This document shows positions 37,529-50,185 of a stretch of DNA of 64,000 nt, piece after piece. How positions within the stretch are numbered: position 1 is the first letter of the stretch; every line of letters begins with the position of its first letter. The stretch is from Vicugna vicugna. Taxonomy: Eukaryota. The stretch covers positions 2,200,527 through 2,264,526 of the forward strand of contig MU057880.1 of the NCBI GenBank assembly GCA_013265495.1. Direction: 5' to 3'. Below the pieces are notes generated by a model. The model had not been told where the DNA came from. It searched no databases and saw only the letters and a program-made list of their open reading frames with translations. The position numbers were made by a program, and so were the translations under genes.

Positions 37529-38776
37529 AAGGGGGCCTTTCTCTTGACAGCAGACCTGTAGACCTCTGTGACCAGGAGCATGTGAACGACTTGATCTTGA
37601 GGTGTCTAAACTGTAGAATGAAGCTGTCATTTCTTCTCAGGGTCATTTGGGGAGAGAGTGGGGATGTATGAAAGCATTCAGCACTTTGCCAGTCATGGGT
37701 CAGACCCTCACAGACATTGCTGGAGAGTGGTGGCTCTCAGAAGCATCTTCAAGACAACAATGATGTTTATGTCTAATCTTTAGACAGTAGAGGGTTGTGA
37801 TATATTTTTGAATTATGCTAAGAAAGATTCAATTATGCCCTGTATATTTCTGTGTTGTGTGTTTGGTAAAAAGGTACTTCATGTTTGATACATGAATTGC
37901 TTTACTGTTTAACCAGTCAGAATTCCTTCATCCTGATATCAGGTTTCCATTATCATTCGTTTTCTTCGTAATCTGTAGTTGAAATGCTATAATCTTTTCT
38001 AATCTTACTTAAGTTTTGTGGAGTTTTGACTAAGTTACCTTCTTTGGATTCACTCGGTGAAAGAGGATTACTTATTATTGTGGCTGCGTTAATGTTTAAT
38101 ATATTAGTCATGTTTGTTTTCCTGGTGAAGCAACATTTTCAGCTCGTGTTACTTCCCTGACTTTTCTGCTTCAAGTTCGTTCTTCCCTGTTCCCTCACTT
38201 TCTTTTGCCTTTCTGTGCGACTTACTTTAGTCTTGTGGTTTGGTTTAAAACCACTGAAGTGTTGTGCATGTATACTGTACTATATATACACAGACATGTG
38301 CACTTATACGTAGATTTTATGTCTTTATGAGGAATTCAGGTAGAATTTATCACTTTTATGAATCCGTGTTTTTTTCTATTGTTTTGTTATCCCAAATTCA
38401 ATATAAAAGCATTTAGATTTTTGTATACTTTAGAGTACTTTTGTGTTGACATTACTTTTTCCCATTCGTGAGTAGGTCTAGTAGACCTCTTTTTATCCGT
38501 TCTGACCACGCGTACCTTCTCGCCATCAACGCCAGGACTGAAGTTTAAAACAGGCATTGCTTCTGGTGTATGTAATGAACAGGAGAGTGTGTCTCACATT
38601 CAGAAAACCAGACACTCTTCTTACCTTATCCTTTGTTTTTCCACTAAAATTCTGTCATTGACTCACAGTGTTTTAAAAGAATTGTGGCAAATGCTGTTAG
38701 ACTGTTATTAAATGAACAGTATTGCAATACAAAATATTGAGGAAGGATGTTATGAAGTGCTTTTAAAACTCATCTG

Positions 38777-39189
38777 ATTGACCAGTAGACACATGAAAAG
38801 ATGCTCAGTATTACTAATCATGAGAGAAATGCAAATCAAAACTACAATGAGGTATCACCTCACACTGGTCTGAATGGCCATCATTCAAAAGTACATAAAT
38901 GATAAATGCTGGAGAGGGTGTGAAGAAAAGGGAACCCTCCTACACTGTTGCTGGGAATGTAATTTGGTGCAGCCACTATGGAAAATAGTATGGAGATTCC
39001 TTAAAAAAATTAAGCATAGACTTACCCTATGATCTAGCAATCCCCATCCTGGGCATATATTTAGAGGAAACTAATTCAAAATGACACCTGCACCCCATTG
39101 TTCACAGCAGCACTATTTACAATAGTCAAGGCATGGAAACAACCTAAATGTCCATCAACAGGTGACTGGATAAAGAAGCTATGGTATAT
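38777..39189 (+). mobile_element. L1 ORF2 C-terminal fragment lacking 3' UTR
   Basis: cacatgaaaagatgctcag...gaaatgcaaatcaaaactacaatgagg...gactggataaagaagctatggtatat. Confidence 0.9.
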
Positions 39190-39360
39190 TGATACTATAT
39201 ATGTATATATATATTCCTTTTCAGATCCTTTTCCATTGTAGGCCATTACAAGGTGTTGAATATAGTTCCCTGTGCTCTACTGTAGGACCTTGTTGTTTAT
39301 CTGTTCTGTATATAATAATTTGTATCTGCCAACCCCAAGCCCCCAATTGTTCCCTCCCCC
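39190..39360 (-). mobile_element. L1 3' UTR fragment, opposite orientation, no poly(A)
   Basis: tttcagatccttttccattgtagg...gaatatagttccctgtgct...ccctcccc. Confidence 0.85.
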
Positions 39361-39825
39361 ATATTTTAATTCATTGCATTTTTATAGTTTTCTCCCACTT
39401 CCCTCATAATAATCTCTCAGGATCTTCATCTCCTGCTTTGGACTCCCAGTCTACCAGGTATCCACTGCCAGGACGGTATTCTGTGAGGATTACCTTTCCT
39501 TTTTGTTTGAGAGTCATGGTAGGAAAAATGTTGGTGTCCTCAGAGATAATTAAAAAGGAATTAAAAAGTCACAACAACAAAATAAAAAAAATAGGCCCTG
39601 TCTGAGAACTGTTCTGGGGAGGAGACCGTTAGTTCTGCTTTTCGTGGGGTGCATTTTAGTCGCTAGCAGGGCCTCAAAGCTGAGTGGAGGAGCACAGGTC
39701 ACCTTTGTTGATGACACCTCAGCTGGAGTGTAATCTACCTGAAGACACTGACCATCATCGTTGTACAGCGTCTGCCGCTGTTGGTGTCTCTGTGGTCCTG
39801 GCATTTACTGGTGCTTTCCATCTTT

Positions 39826-39955
39826 TTCGGGGAGAGTGGAGGGCGGGAGGGAAGTGCATTTACTTATTTACTTCTCTAACGGCAGGACTAGGGACTGAAC
39901 CCAGGACCTCATGCCTGCTGAGCAAGGGCTTCTCCACTGAGCTTCACCCTCCCCG
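39826..39955 (-). mobile_element. vic-1-like SINE (more diverged)
   Basis: gggactgaacccaggacctcatgcctgctgagcaagggcttctccactgagcttcaccctcccc. Confidence 0.85.
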
Positions 39956-41039
39956 CCTCATGTCTTTTTTCATTTGTCTTATGAGGTAGATATTATTTAA
40001 TAATAATAAAATGTATTATTTTATACACAAGGAGCTCCAAGGTCAGGATTTGAATGGTTCCAGATTATATAGCTGGTCGAGCTAGCCCCGAGCCTGGCTT
40101 TGGCTGTGTTCAGAGCTTCTGCAAGACTTCTGAATCCACACAGCAGGGCTCGGTACATGCCGGTTGGCAGACATCCATCTTGTCTGGGTGAAACAGAACT
40201 CTGTTCATCTCGGTGATGGCCTTTAGAACAAAAGCGCTGTTCGTGTTTGTGTTCAGGCTTTTCAGTTATGAAAGGCTTTTCCCATATTGATGCTGATAGA
40301 AAATTCACTTTTAGTGGGAAATGATCAGACTTTTCATGAAAGCGCTCCCTTTTGGTATAAATGATTGCTGACTTATTCAGCCGGAAAACCTGCTACCTTC
40401 AGTCACCACTACATCTTAGCACGCATGCTAAGAAAGGGGGAAAGGTTTATATTGTTTGCCTGAGTCTGTGATTAACTTAGTTAACTCAACACTATAAAAG
40501 TTTGCGGCAAGGTTAATCTGAGGTCATTTCAGTTTGTCTTTGGCGGCCGGCCGGGTGGAAGTCACTATTCCTGTCTGAGGGTGGATGTCATCAGACTGTG
40601 AGGTTAATGTCCACAGCCTCGCCGTCCTCAGTGAAAATGCAATATGTGTGTGTCTGTGTTACCAAGTGACGTGTGTGATGGGCAGCAGAAAAATGTAAAT
40701 GTTGAAATGACACATTTAGGGAGAATTATGTTTGTACAAGTTATTCTTTAAATTCGTGTTTGCTACTGTGTGGCCATAGCAATATTTACATGAAACATTG
40801 TACAGCTTACTAGGTTTTTTTTTAAACATTAGCTTCTTATTCAACACATTTATTGAGCATCAGTTTACTCTGTTATAAACTGAGTAAAGAGAGCCCAGAG
40901 ATCTTGCAGGAGCAAGACCTCAGGTTAGTGACAAACACAAGTAAACCAGAAAAAGGGGTCCATGTGGGAGCAGCGGGAGGAGAAGGTCTTAACTCTGAAC
41001 ATGTTAAGGATACGTGCAAAGCAAAAGCACAGTGAAGAC

Positions 41040-41533
41040 TAACCTCACACCTGTCAGAATGGTGATCATCAAAAAGCCTACATGTAACAAGGGTTTGTGA
41101 GGATGTGGGGGGAAGGGAACCCCCCCTACACCGTTAGTGGGAATGGAATTTGGTGCAGCCACTATGGACAACAGTATGGAGATTCCTCAAACACTAAAAT
41201 TAGAACGACCATGTGATCCAGCAATCCCACTCCTGGGTGTATATCTGGGAAAAGTGAGAACACCAATTCATAAAGACACCTGCACCCCAATGTTCACAGC
41301 AGCACTATATACAATAGCCAAGACATGGAAGCAACCTAAATGTCCATTGACAGATGACTGGATAGAGCAAATGTGGTGTATTTATACAATGGAATACTAC
41401 TCAGCCATAACAAAGAATGAAATCCTGCCATTTGCAGTAATGTGGATGGACTTAGAGAATCTTATGTTAGTGAAATAAGACAGATAGAGAAAGATAAAAT
41501 CTATATGATATCACTTATATGTGAAATCTAAAA
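41040..41533 (+). mobile_element. L1 ORF2 C-terminal fragment
   Basis: ORF 41137-41478 ([10 protein letters not shown]...[22 protein letters not shown]...[16 protein letters not shown]) is L1 ORF2. Confidence 0.92.
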
Positions 41534-42752
41534 CATCTTTTTCCAAACTACTGTGAATACTGAGTGCAGGGAGCTGCTGGAGCCTCAGCCACCAGTTGGT
41601 AAAGGATGCAAAATTGTCAGACAGTAAATATATGCTGTTGTGGGGGGTACCCTGGAGGGAAGATGGATTAAACAGTAAGCTAGGATGATGTGAATTGCAG
41701 ATAAACAAAAGATGGAGCAAGGCCGAGTGTTTTGAGAAGAAATCAAAGCAACGGGTGAAATAAGTCGATAAAAACATTAGGCAGAATGTGCAAGAAGGGA
41801 CGTCTGAGGACAGACTCTGGGTGACGGCCTGAGAAGGAGGAGCAGTGTCACGTGATGGGGGTGGGTGCTTTTTAGGGAATCTTTTGATCTCAAACCGAGT
41901 TTTGCATCTGAATTTATGATCCGTAAAGACCTGGTTTCTTTACGGGCTCCCTTGAACTGATTATGTTATAACTCTGGAAATGGTATAAACACCTGCACAA
42001 AGTTGAGTTCTAAGTCGCTGTTGGTGGCCTGATAATTACAGCCTTAAATGACGTGTCACAGTGGTGAGGGTTTTTTTTTTTTTCTTCATGTTATTTAAAT
42101 ACCAGGATGAGTATGATGGTTGTGAGAAATCCAAGCAAAGGGGACAGTCTACACCTGGGGCTCCGAGCAGGGGGTTGCTTTCCATCACCTGACCCTTCCC
42201 CATTCATGGTCCCTCCCGGGTTGGACATTGTGATGACCTGTGGGACACACACACGTGATAACCTGGCTTTAATTCCCTGTGGATATTTATCAAGAAGAGA
42301 TGAAGCCGAGTGCTCCGTTTTCAGGGAGGTTCCTGAGAGAACGCTCTTGGAACTGTGTGTGCCAGCTTCTGCCTCTGCTCCGCGGCAGGGAGTCATCTCC
42401 AGCTTGACCTCGCCTCTCCCCCGGGTCCGAGACCAACACGGACTCCGAAACTGTCTTTAAGAATGGATTGATTTCTTTTTTAAAAAGATATTATTACTTC
42501 CGTGATGCTGTCAGTTCACTCATGACTCAGGAAGAGTTCAACTAAAATACATGACTTGAGGCAGAATATTCATGCTCCTGTTTAAGGATAACTCACACCC
42601 TCTGTTCCTGTTCCTGAAAAAGAAGTGAGAATGTCACAAGGCAGAGCAGACAGCAGCTGGGAGGTGGGCAGCGCAGTGAGTTCCCTGCCTGGCTTGTTAC
42701 TACGCAGTGGAGCTAGAGGAAGGCTTGCTAACAATTTACCAGTAAGACTTTT

Positions 42753-42905
42753 CTTTTTTAAGTTTTATCTGTTTTTTGTGGGGGGAGGGGCGTAATTAGG
42801 TTTTTATTCGCTTATTTCCTTTTTTTTTTAATGGAGGTGCTGGGGATGGAACCAGGACCTCATGCATGCTAGGCATGAGCTCTACCCGCCACCTCTCCCC
42901 CCACC
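42753..42905 (-). mobile_element. vic-1-like SINE with 15-bp TSD
   Basis: TSD accagt(a/t)agactttt at 42738-42752 and 42906-42920, followed by AA (L1 endonuclease TTTT/AA site). Confidence 0.9.
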
Positions 42906-43065
42906 ACCAGTTAGACTTTTAAATAAATAACTGGTGTAAATTCATTCCCAAGTCAGATTTTCACACCTCCACTAAATTGGGATGCTGTGAAACTTACGAT
43001 GATCTTCCTCAGATTCTAACGAATGTGACATCTAAAGGGTGTTTGAATGCAAAAAGACGTTTCTT

Positions 43066-43277
43066 TTTTAATTGAAGTATAGTCAGTTACAATGTTGTGT
43101 CGGTTTCTGGTGTCCAGCATGGAACAAGCTTGTGGTTACCAGAGGGGGAAGAAGGTGGGAAGGGATAAATTGAGAGTTCGAGATTGCAGATACTGACCAC
43201 TATAGATCAAATAAAGAACAGGGTTACACTGCACAGCACAGGGAACTCTATTCAGTATCTTATAGCAGCCTGTGATG
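43066..43277 (-). mobile_element. Short L1 with 5' inversion (twin-priming architecture)
   Basis: T-run plus minus-strand 3' tip (to ~43120), then a plus-strand upstream L1 segment. TSD aaaga(c/t)gtttctt at 43053-43065 and 43278-43290. Confidence 0.85.
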
Positions 43278-44200
43278 AAAGATGTTTCTTAACAGTCGGT
43301 CACATGGCTTTGTTTTAGGATGCACATTATGTATCTATCCGGATGCAATTTCTAATACAGTGTCATCCATATCAGGTGCTAAGAGCTGCAGGAACACAGC
43401 TTGAATGTTAAGTTTATTGTCTCATGTAACAAGAAATCTCGAGTTCGGGCAGGTTTAGGCTTTCTTAACTCCAGGGCTCAGAGGCATCACCACCAGGCTC
43501 CTTGTCCATTTTTTTTTTCCTATCATCCTCAGTCTGTAGACTTTAGATCTCAGGCATAGCCCAGTATCACCTCCTCACACAGCTGTGTCCAGACACAGAA
43601 AAAGGAAGCTTCTGCACAGCTATCTCTTTTTTAAGTGCGGCTTTTCCTTCCTTGGCCCGAACTTGGTCTCAGGACCCTGTCTAGAACAGTCGCTGGCCAC
43701 AGGGCAAGTAGACCACCACGAACTGTGCGAGTTCATTTACGATTCACCACTGTGCTGGGGAGGTGGTCACCCTCCCCCAAAGGACCTGACCACTTTGCAA
43801 AGGAAGAAAAAAAAAACCCAGATTCTGTTAACAGAGTGTACTGAGTGTAGGATGACAGTTGGGGTATTAACGAGAATGTGCCTGCCAAATATTAACTCAC
43901 AATATTTCATCTAAGCTGCTGAAAAGTAAAAACTACTTTTTTTTCCAGGAGAGTTAAAAAAGTGTTTCAATTGGAACAAGTCTTGTGGGAATGATCATTA
44001 AGGATGGAGCAGCAGTTAATCTTTTTTTAACTGTGAGCACACTGCTCATTGGAAGATAGTTTATAGAACGTTGACATTTTACTGATAGATAAGTAACATC
44101 TCTAAAAAATGACCCCCCAAATATACTTACATCAAAAGATAAGATTTTATTATTATAGTATTATCTTTGTCATTTCTCTTGTAGGATCTTGGAAATGGCC

Positions 44201-44757
44201 GTTTTAATTGATGTTTATCTATTTTATATACAGCATTTATAAATCCCAAACTCCCAATTTATCCCTCCACCTGCCTTCCTTCCCCCCTGGTAACCACAAG
44301 TTTGTTTTCTATGTCTGTGAGTCTGTTCCGTAAATAAGCTCATTTGTCTCACTTTTTAGACTCCACATGTAAGTGGTATCCTATGGTATTTTTCTTTGTC
44401 TTTCTAGCTTACTTCACTCATCTCTAGGTCTATTCATGCTGCTGCAAATGGCATTATTTTATTCTTTTTTATGACTGAATATTGTTCCATTGTATAAATA
44501 TACCACATCTTCTTTCGCCAGCCACCTGTGGATGGACCTTAGGGTGCTTTCGTGTCTTGGATATTGTAAATAGTGCTGCCGTGAACATTGGGGTGCATGT
44601 ATCTTTTCAAATTAGAGTTTCCTAAAATAAACAAATGGAACCTAATTAAACTTAAGCTTTTGCACAGCAAAGGAAACTATAAGCAAAACAAAAAGACAGC
44701 CTGTGGAATAGGAGAAAATATTTGCAAATGCTTCAACTGACAGTGGCCTAATTTCCA
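44201..44757 (-). mobile_element. L1 with 5' inversion and internal deletion
   Basis: Minus-strand 3' region to ~44622, then plus-strand ORF2 piece (aaaataaacaaatggaacctaattaaactt...atttgcaaat). TSD core gaaatggcc at 44192-44200 and 44758-44766. Confidence 0.8.
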
Positions 44758-46289
44758 GAAATGGCCTTATTTGTGCTGTTTGAGAATCACAAGGAACCCG
44801 ATTGGCCTTACTGGATTGACTCACAGGCCATGGGGCTAGTCTATAAATAATCAGTCAGAAGGAAATGTACATTTAGTTAGGAATTCAGTAAGAAACAGAC
44901 TTTCTTGTGAGCTATCAAAATAGAGAAAAAGGAAAAATGGATATAAAATCCCAGGAATGGGCCATTGAAGACACTTCAAGCTCTAAAAATTCCAGAATAT
45001 GTTCCAGACATAAAGACTACCAGTGTGTGTATCTTGGGTGGGAGGGGTGATAAAAAATAAGTGAAGAAGTCTAATCTGGAAGGAAAAATATCCAAGTACA
45101 ATGCCTTTTCATAGGTGAATATTCAAAACAAAAAAGAGTTCTTGTTTTAGTTAAGAGACCTGGCTTCCAGGTTCTCTTGCTCTGATGGAACCTCCCCGGA
45201 TTCTTCTCCCCACCTGAGACCCTGTCTCACGTCTGCCTCTTCCCAGCCTTATTTCCTGGTGGCAAATTGGCTGGAGCTCGGCTTTTGCAAAGCACAGTTT
45301 TAGTGATTTCACAAGAATTCTAAGTGCTAATTATCAACCCAGGAGATAAAATGTAGCGTAAGGGTAAATATTCCTGTAAGTGCGCTGGGATACTAAGAGA
45401 ATTGCCAAAATTATTTTGTTACTATATTGGGAGCTGAGGGTAAGAACTGCTGGACGCCTCAATCTCATTCCACAAAATGCAGCGGGAACCAGTTTGGCGG
45501 TAGGGAGTGCGCCCCTCAAATTAGCCATGAAAACTTACGTTTTTTATATGACATTCGTATTTACAGTTAGAAATTTCAAGTCATAAGCCACACACGCTGC
45601 TTTGAAAGGCCTCTCAGACAGTCTAACAAGCCTGATTAAGCGCACTTTAATTAATTAATTGTTGCTGTCTAGAGAATCCCGAGACGTGCACTTCTGTGCC
45701 TCTGATTCTTAAAAGTAATGCCCGTGGTTTGTTTGAGGACGTGTGGGTAATGCAGGGTTTCACTGGACGCTGTTGAAATGGAAGAGAGGAGACAACAGAG
45801 GCACACGTATACCGTCCCTTTGTGGAGCAGAACGGTTGGTAAAATACTTGGAGACTAAATGCTCATGTAAGCGTGTGTGTGTGCGTGCGAGTGTGTGCGC
45901 GCACAGATGCACACACGTGCAGGCTGAGTCCTTTTGCCCCTCCTGTTCTGTTTCTGCTTGGGTTAGGTCACCCATCCTGAAATGTCTAGCAGAAGAAATA
46001 TTATGATTGCGGTCTCTCCCGAAGCAACAGTGCCAGTAACACTGAAAGTGTCTTTCATCTAAAGATTTATTTATAATGCATCTCCAGGGACTGGACGGGT
46101 TCTTTCTGTGAGAGGTCTGCCTAAGCCAAGCCTTAACTCCCAGAAAGTTGAGAGCTACAGATGGACCATCATTTTTTTTTTTTTTGTAAGAAAGCATCAG
46201 TAAGATTCTGCTTTTGTAGAATGTGTTAGGTGACTTAGTATGTCTCACGACAGCCAGGTAGCCATTTCATACAAGTGCGTGTGTAAAGT

Positions 46290-46374
46290 GACTTCCACAT
46301 TCGCTGCGGAGAATTTGGGGTCCCTGTCTGCTAAGCCTTGGCTGGCTTGCATTTGAGATTTGCATCAGGTAAGT
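46290..46374 (+). other. Candidate 5'/non-coding exon end with perfect splice donor
   Basis: CAG|GTAAGT with the exon ending at 46368, octamer ATTTGCAT at 46358-46365, inside a ~2.4 kb repeat-poor block. 5' boundary unknown. Confidence 0.35.
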
Positions 46375-47759
46375 GTCTCCTTAACCTCCAACGGCTATGT
46401 GAACGTGCTTGTCAAACTCAGCATGATTTTTTCCGGGTTGGTAGGTTCTTTCTCTCATTTTTGGAGAGAACTGAAACTTTTAAACTGACTTGAAGTAGAT
46501 ACTATATACAGCTTACACCGCTGCGGCAGACGTAACCAAGCCATCAGCAACAGTCATTTTCTAAATACAAACACAATTTTCTTTCTGTTGATGACAGGTC
46601 TCTGATATTAACAATTATAAGATAAAGATATCTGTATGTATTTAAATCAGCCTCAGAAACAAATAACACCCAATAAAAATGCAGCATGTTGTATGCATGT
46701 TTCCCTAAATGTATATGCACTTTAAAGAATTATCACTGTCCTTGCTTTCCTAATTTATTTCTGTTACAAGGAAAAGGGGAAAACTCAGGATGGAGAGTCC
46801 CTCAAATTTCATAGATGTTAAATATATGTTATTTCAGCTGATTTTATCCCATTAATATAAAGCAAGTAAATGTGGCATCGTGGAATCTAAATGTATTTGA
46901 ACGTAGAACCAAGTTGCTGGGTTTGCCTTCCCACGGGTTTCCTCCTGATCTTGCTTAACTTTCTTCTTGGAGGCAGATCTCCAGATAGGACATGACCTTA
47001 AAGAGGAGAACGGTCCATAGGGACCTACAAAGGAATCTATGCCTTTACTTCTGCTAAAAGTCAGGGTGGGTCAATTCTAAGTGACCTGGAAGAGGTGGAG
47101 ATCCTTCACCTCCCCTCCAGGTCGGTGTGTGAGTGGTGTTGCAGAGAGACCCAGGAGACCTTGTGCTTGGATTTAGGTAGATACTCTTAGTAAAAGCGGA
47201 AGTCCAAAGGGCTCCGTCAGATCAGATGATGTTTTTAATTAATTTTTCAGTGCATAGAAACAACAGTTTAGAAAATAATCATTTAGATAAGCAGCTACTT
47301 GGGTTTTCTTTAAGATACTGAGAGGGAGAGAAAGAAGTCCCAGGTCATCCAAGACTTCCACACCCTTATCGAAAAGAAAGTTAAGAAGCCACATGAAGAC
47401 TTCTGTAACCCAGTGGCGGATCCTGAAGACGCTGGAATAGCAAAGAGCTTAGCATAGACTACTTTGAGAAAGTTTTGAAAAAAATATGTTAAAGGAGGCC
47501 AAAGAGAAAGTCAGACCTCCCCTAATTCACATCTGTCTCCAGAAAAATCTACTCTTCCAGGCTTAGTGGGTGGTAACTGCAGGCAGCAGGGAGAGATTCA
47601 GGACCAGGGGTAGACCAGGAATACGAAATTAACATCTTACCATGTCCATGGTGCCTTTCTTTCACTCACATCAGCCAACACTCACCTCAAAGGCATCGCA
47701 TGAGATGGATACCCACTGGTGGGTGGGTTAAAAGGTTGTTAAAAAAAAAAGGTTGATGT

Positions 47760-47950
47760 GGGGGAGGTGTTGCTCAGTAGTAGATTGCATGCCTAGCATG
47801 CACAAGGTCCTGGGTTCAATCCCCAGGACCTCCATTAAAAATAAATAGATAAATACGTAAATAAACAAACAAACCTAATTGCCTTCCCCCCAAACAAACA
47901 AAAAAGTTAAAAAAAACCTAAAAAACAAGCAACAATAAACAGTTGTAAAG
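47760..47950 (+). mobile_element. vic-1-like SINE
   Basis: gggggaggtgttgctcagtagtagattgcatgcctagcatgcacaaggtcctgggttcaatccccaggacctcc, then aaacctaattgccttcccc and a long A-rich tail. Confidence 0.92.
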
Positions 47951-50185
47951 AAAAAAGGCTGCTATAATCCAGTGACAGTAACGCCTAATAGTGAATGATC
48001 GCTGGAATCATCCTAGCTAATTTGTCTTCTTCGGCACATGGTACCCGGGCAGTGTAACCGATCAAGGCAACTGTATTTGAACGTGCGCATTTTTAAAGCA
48101 TTTCACAAGCGGAGTTGACCTAGCCCCTGCCCTGAAAGGCTGCTTGTGAGCATGTAAAGAGAATGTGATGCAGCAGCCAGGATGAGCTGTAGACCAAGAG
48201 TCCGAGATCACCAGGCTGCATTTTCAATTTCAGCGTCTGAAAACCCAGGTTCCTTTCATCCAGCAACTTTGTGTCATATCATGGTGCTCAGTCAAATAGT
48301 CCTTGTCTGTAAATTAGGAGTTGGAGCTGATGATCTCTGAGGTCTTCTCCGACTGTACAATATTCTGAAATAATAGAAAAAATACGACAGTATACGAAAG
48401 AATGCAGTGTGGTTTGATCTAGACAAAGACACATTCAGAAAAGTGCGTAGGCGTGACATTGGGGATAGACCAGTGAGGCCGTCAAGCCAGAGTCACTGAA
48501 TGGCGTTTCCTCGCTTATACGGTGGGACTGAAAGGTGCAGGTATCATAACAATACAGTTCATTTAAACTTGTGCTTAAAATGGCTGTAGGGAAACCTGTT
48601 TCAGAATCTGCTGCTGACTGCTTTTAGTGAAAAGAGCTCCACTGAATAACGTTTAAGCTTTTTAAGAAGAGAGAAGAGTCATTGTTATCCATATGCGACT
48701 TTCTAGAATCATAAGCGTCAGGTGCCGCTTCTGCTTGCCCTGTGTGTTTATGTATGTAACATGGTCATTTTTACTATCTTATAGTATTTTTTTGGAGTCT
48801 TTCTTAGGTTGTCTTATATTTAGGGCCTTCAATGCACATTTAAGGATAACTGCCTTAATATTTCTTCACCTTCAGCAGATTATATGATTAATTGTATTTC
48901 TGTACATACAATCATGACTTCTTAGAAACAGTGGGGACGATTCTCTTAAGATTTTTGAGTCTTGATGCAATTTGTATTCCCTAAAATATTTTCTTCAGAA
49001 AATGCCTTGGTTACCATTTTACAAAAGGAGTAAAAGACAGATTTATGAATGCTAAGATTTTTCTGACTAAAGACTCAACTTTCAAAGTTAATACAGATTT
49101 TTCAGTTGCGAAATAATGAAACAGCCGGGTATGTACGTGGGAGACTTACTATTTGAGATAAAACAAATGTGGCTTAGAATTCTAAATCTGCCTGGAAATC
49201 TATGGTCAGAAAAGTAACTGATGCATTTTCACTTATAGGAGTGAAAGGCTCTTTTTCACTGGAGGCTTTGAAAGAACTGTATTTCAGGAGAGGGAAAATA
49301 GCATGTTATTGTTTAAAATCAAAACAACGAAAATCTACATGTTCTATTCAGTAGCTAGAAAATGTCTGTAAGTCATGCTTTAGAATACTGGAATTTGGAC
49401 TAAATGCCCCTTGTTAGTAGAAAGGCTTAAAGGCGTCAGCAGTTTTATCCTTTATTATTAATGTACTATGTTTGCTAGTGACACCCAGTTGTTTGGTTTT
49501 CTTGTGCCTTGGAGATTTGGCTTTTTTTTTTTTAAATATATGTCACTCTGAGGCTTTTTACTAAGGGGGAGGTCTTTAAGAAAGTAAGCAACTTACAAGA
49601 GGCAGCGAGGAATTGAAATCTAAATCAACCTGCCTCCTCCGGCTTTGCTCCACGGGACTGGATGGTGGACCCTCAGATCTTGGCAGATTTTTGTTATCCA
49701 GAAATGTGCAAGCAAATCTTTCAAAATACCTTGTGACAATAACAGAAATGAGTTAGTTATTCTCATCAACTTGCAGGGACAAACCTTTCCTTAATTGTGA
49801 TGTCCACGGACAGAATGGTTTAAGGGTCACATTTTGTTGTGTTGTTCAAACTAAACTTCTAAGACTTATCAAGGCTTTTCAGTGTAGACCAAGCAGGAAG
49901 GAAACCTCCAGAGGAAAGAGGAACGGGGGAAAGAGTGGACTTCTTTTGGAGCAGATACTATGCATGAACCACTCCATAAGGCAGCTGACAACATCTACAC
50001 TTACAGAAGAGCTATTCGGGGCACAGAGATGTCACGGAAATCCGTCATGGTCACACAGCTAGCCAAGGTTTGGGAAGGTTCAAAGTCAGACGCATTCCAG
50101 TTGCTTAGGACCTTTAAGATGCCGAGTAGTAAATACTAGTCTTTGGAAATGCCAGGATAAATCAGACATGGAAATGCTTTGGAGG

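Noticed and set aside
20889..38800. Two L1 copies 5'-truncated at nearly the same consensus position (20889 and ~38777)
   Set aside because: Flanks are unrelated and the copies are diverged, so coincidence among many short L1 ends is the likeliest explanation.
47760..47832. tRNA-like sequence with A and B boxes
   Set aside because: It is the head of a vic-1-like SINE: it has the SINE body and A-rich tail, and six sibling copies in the window.
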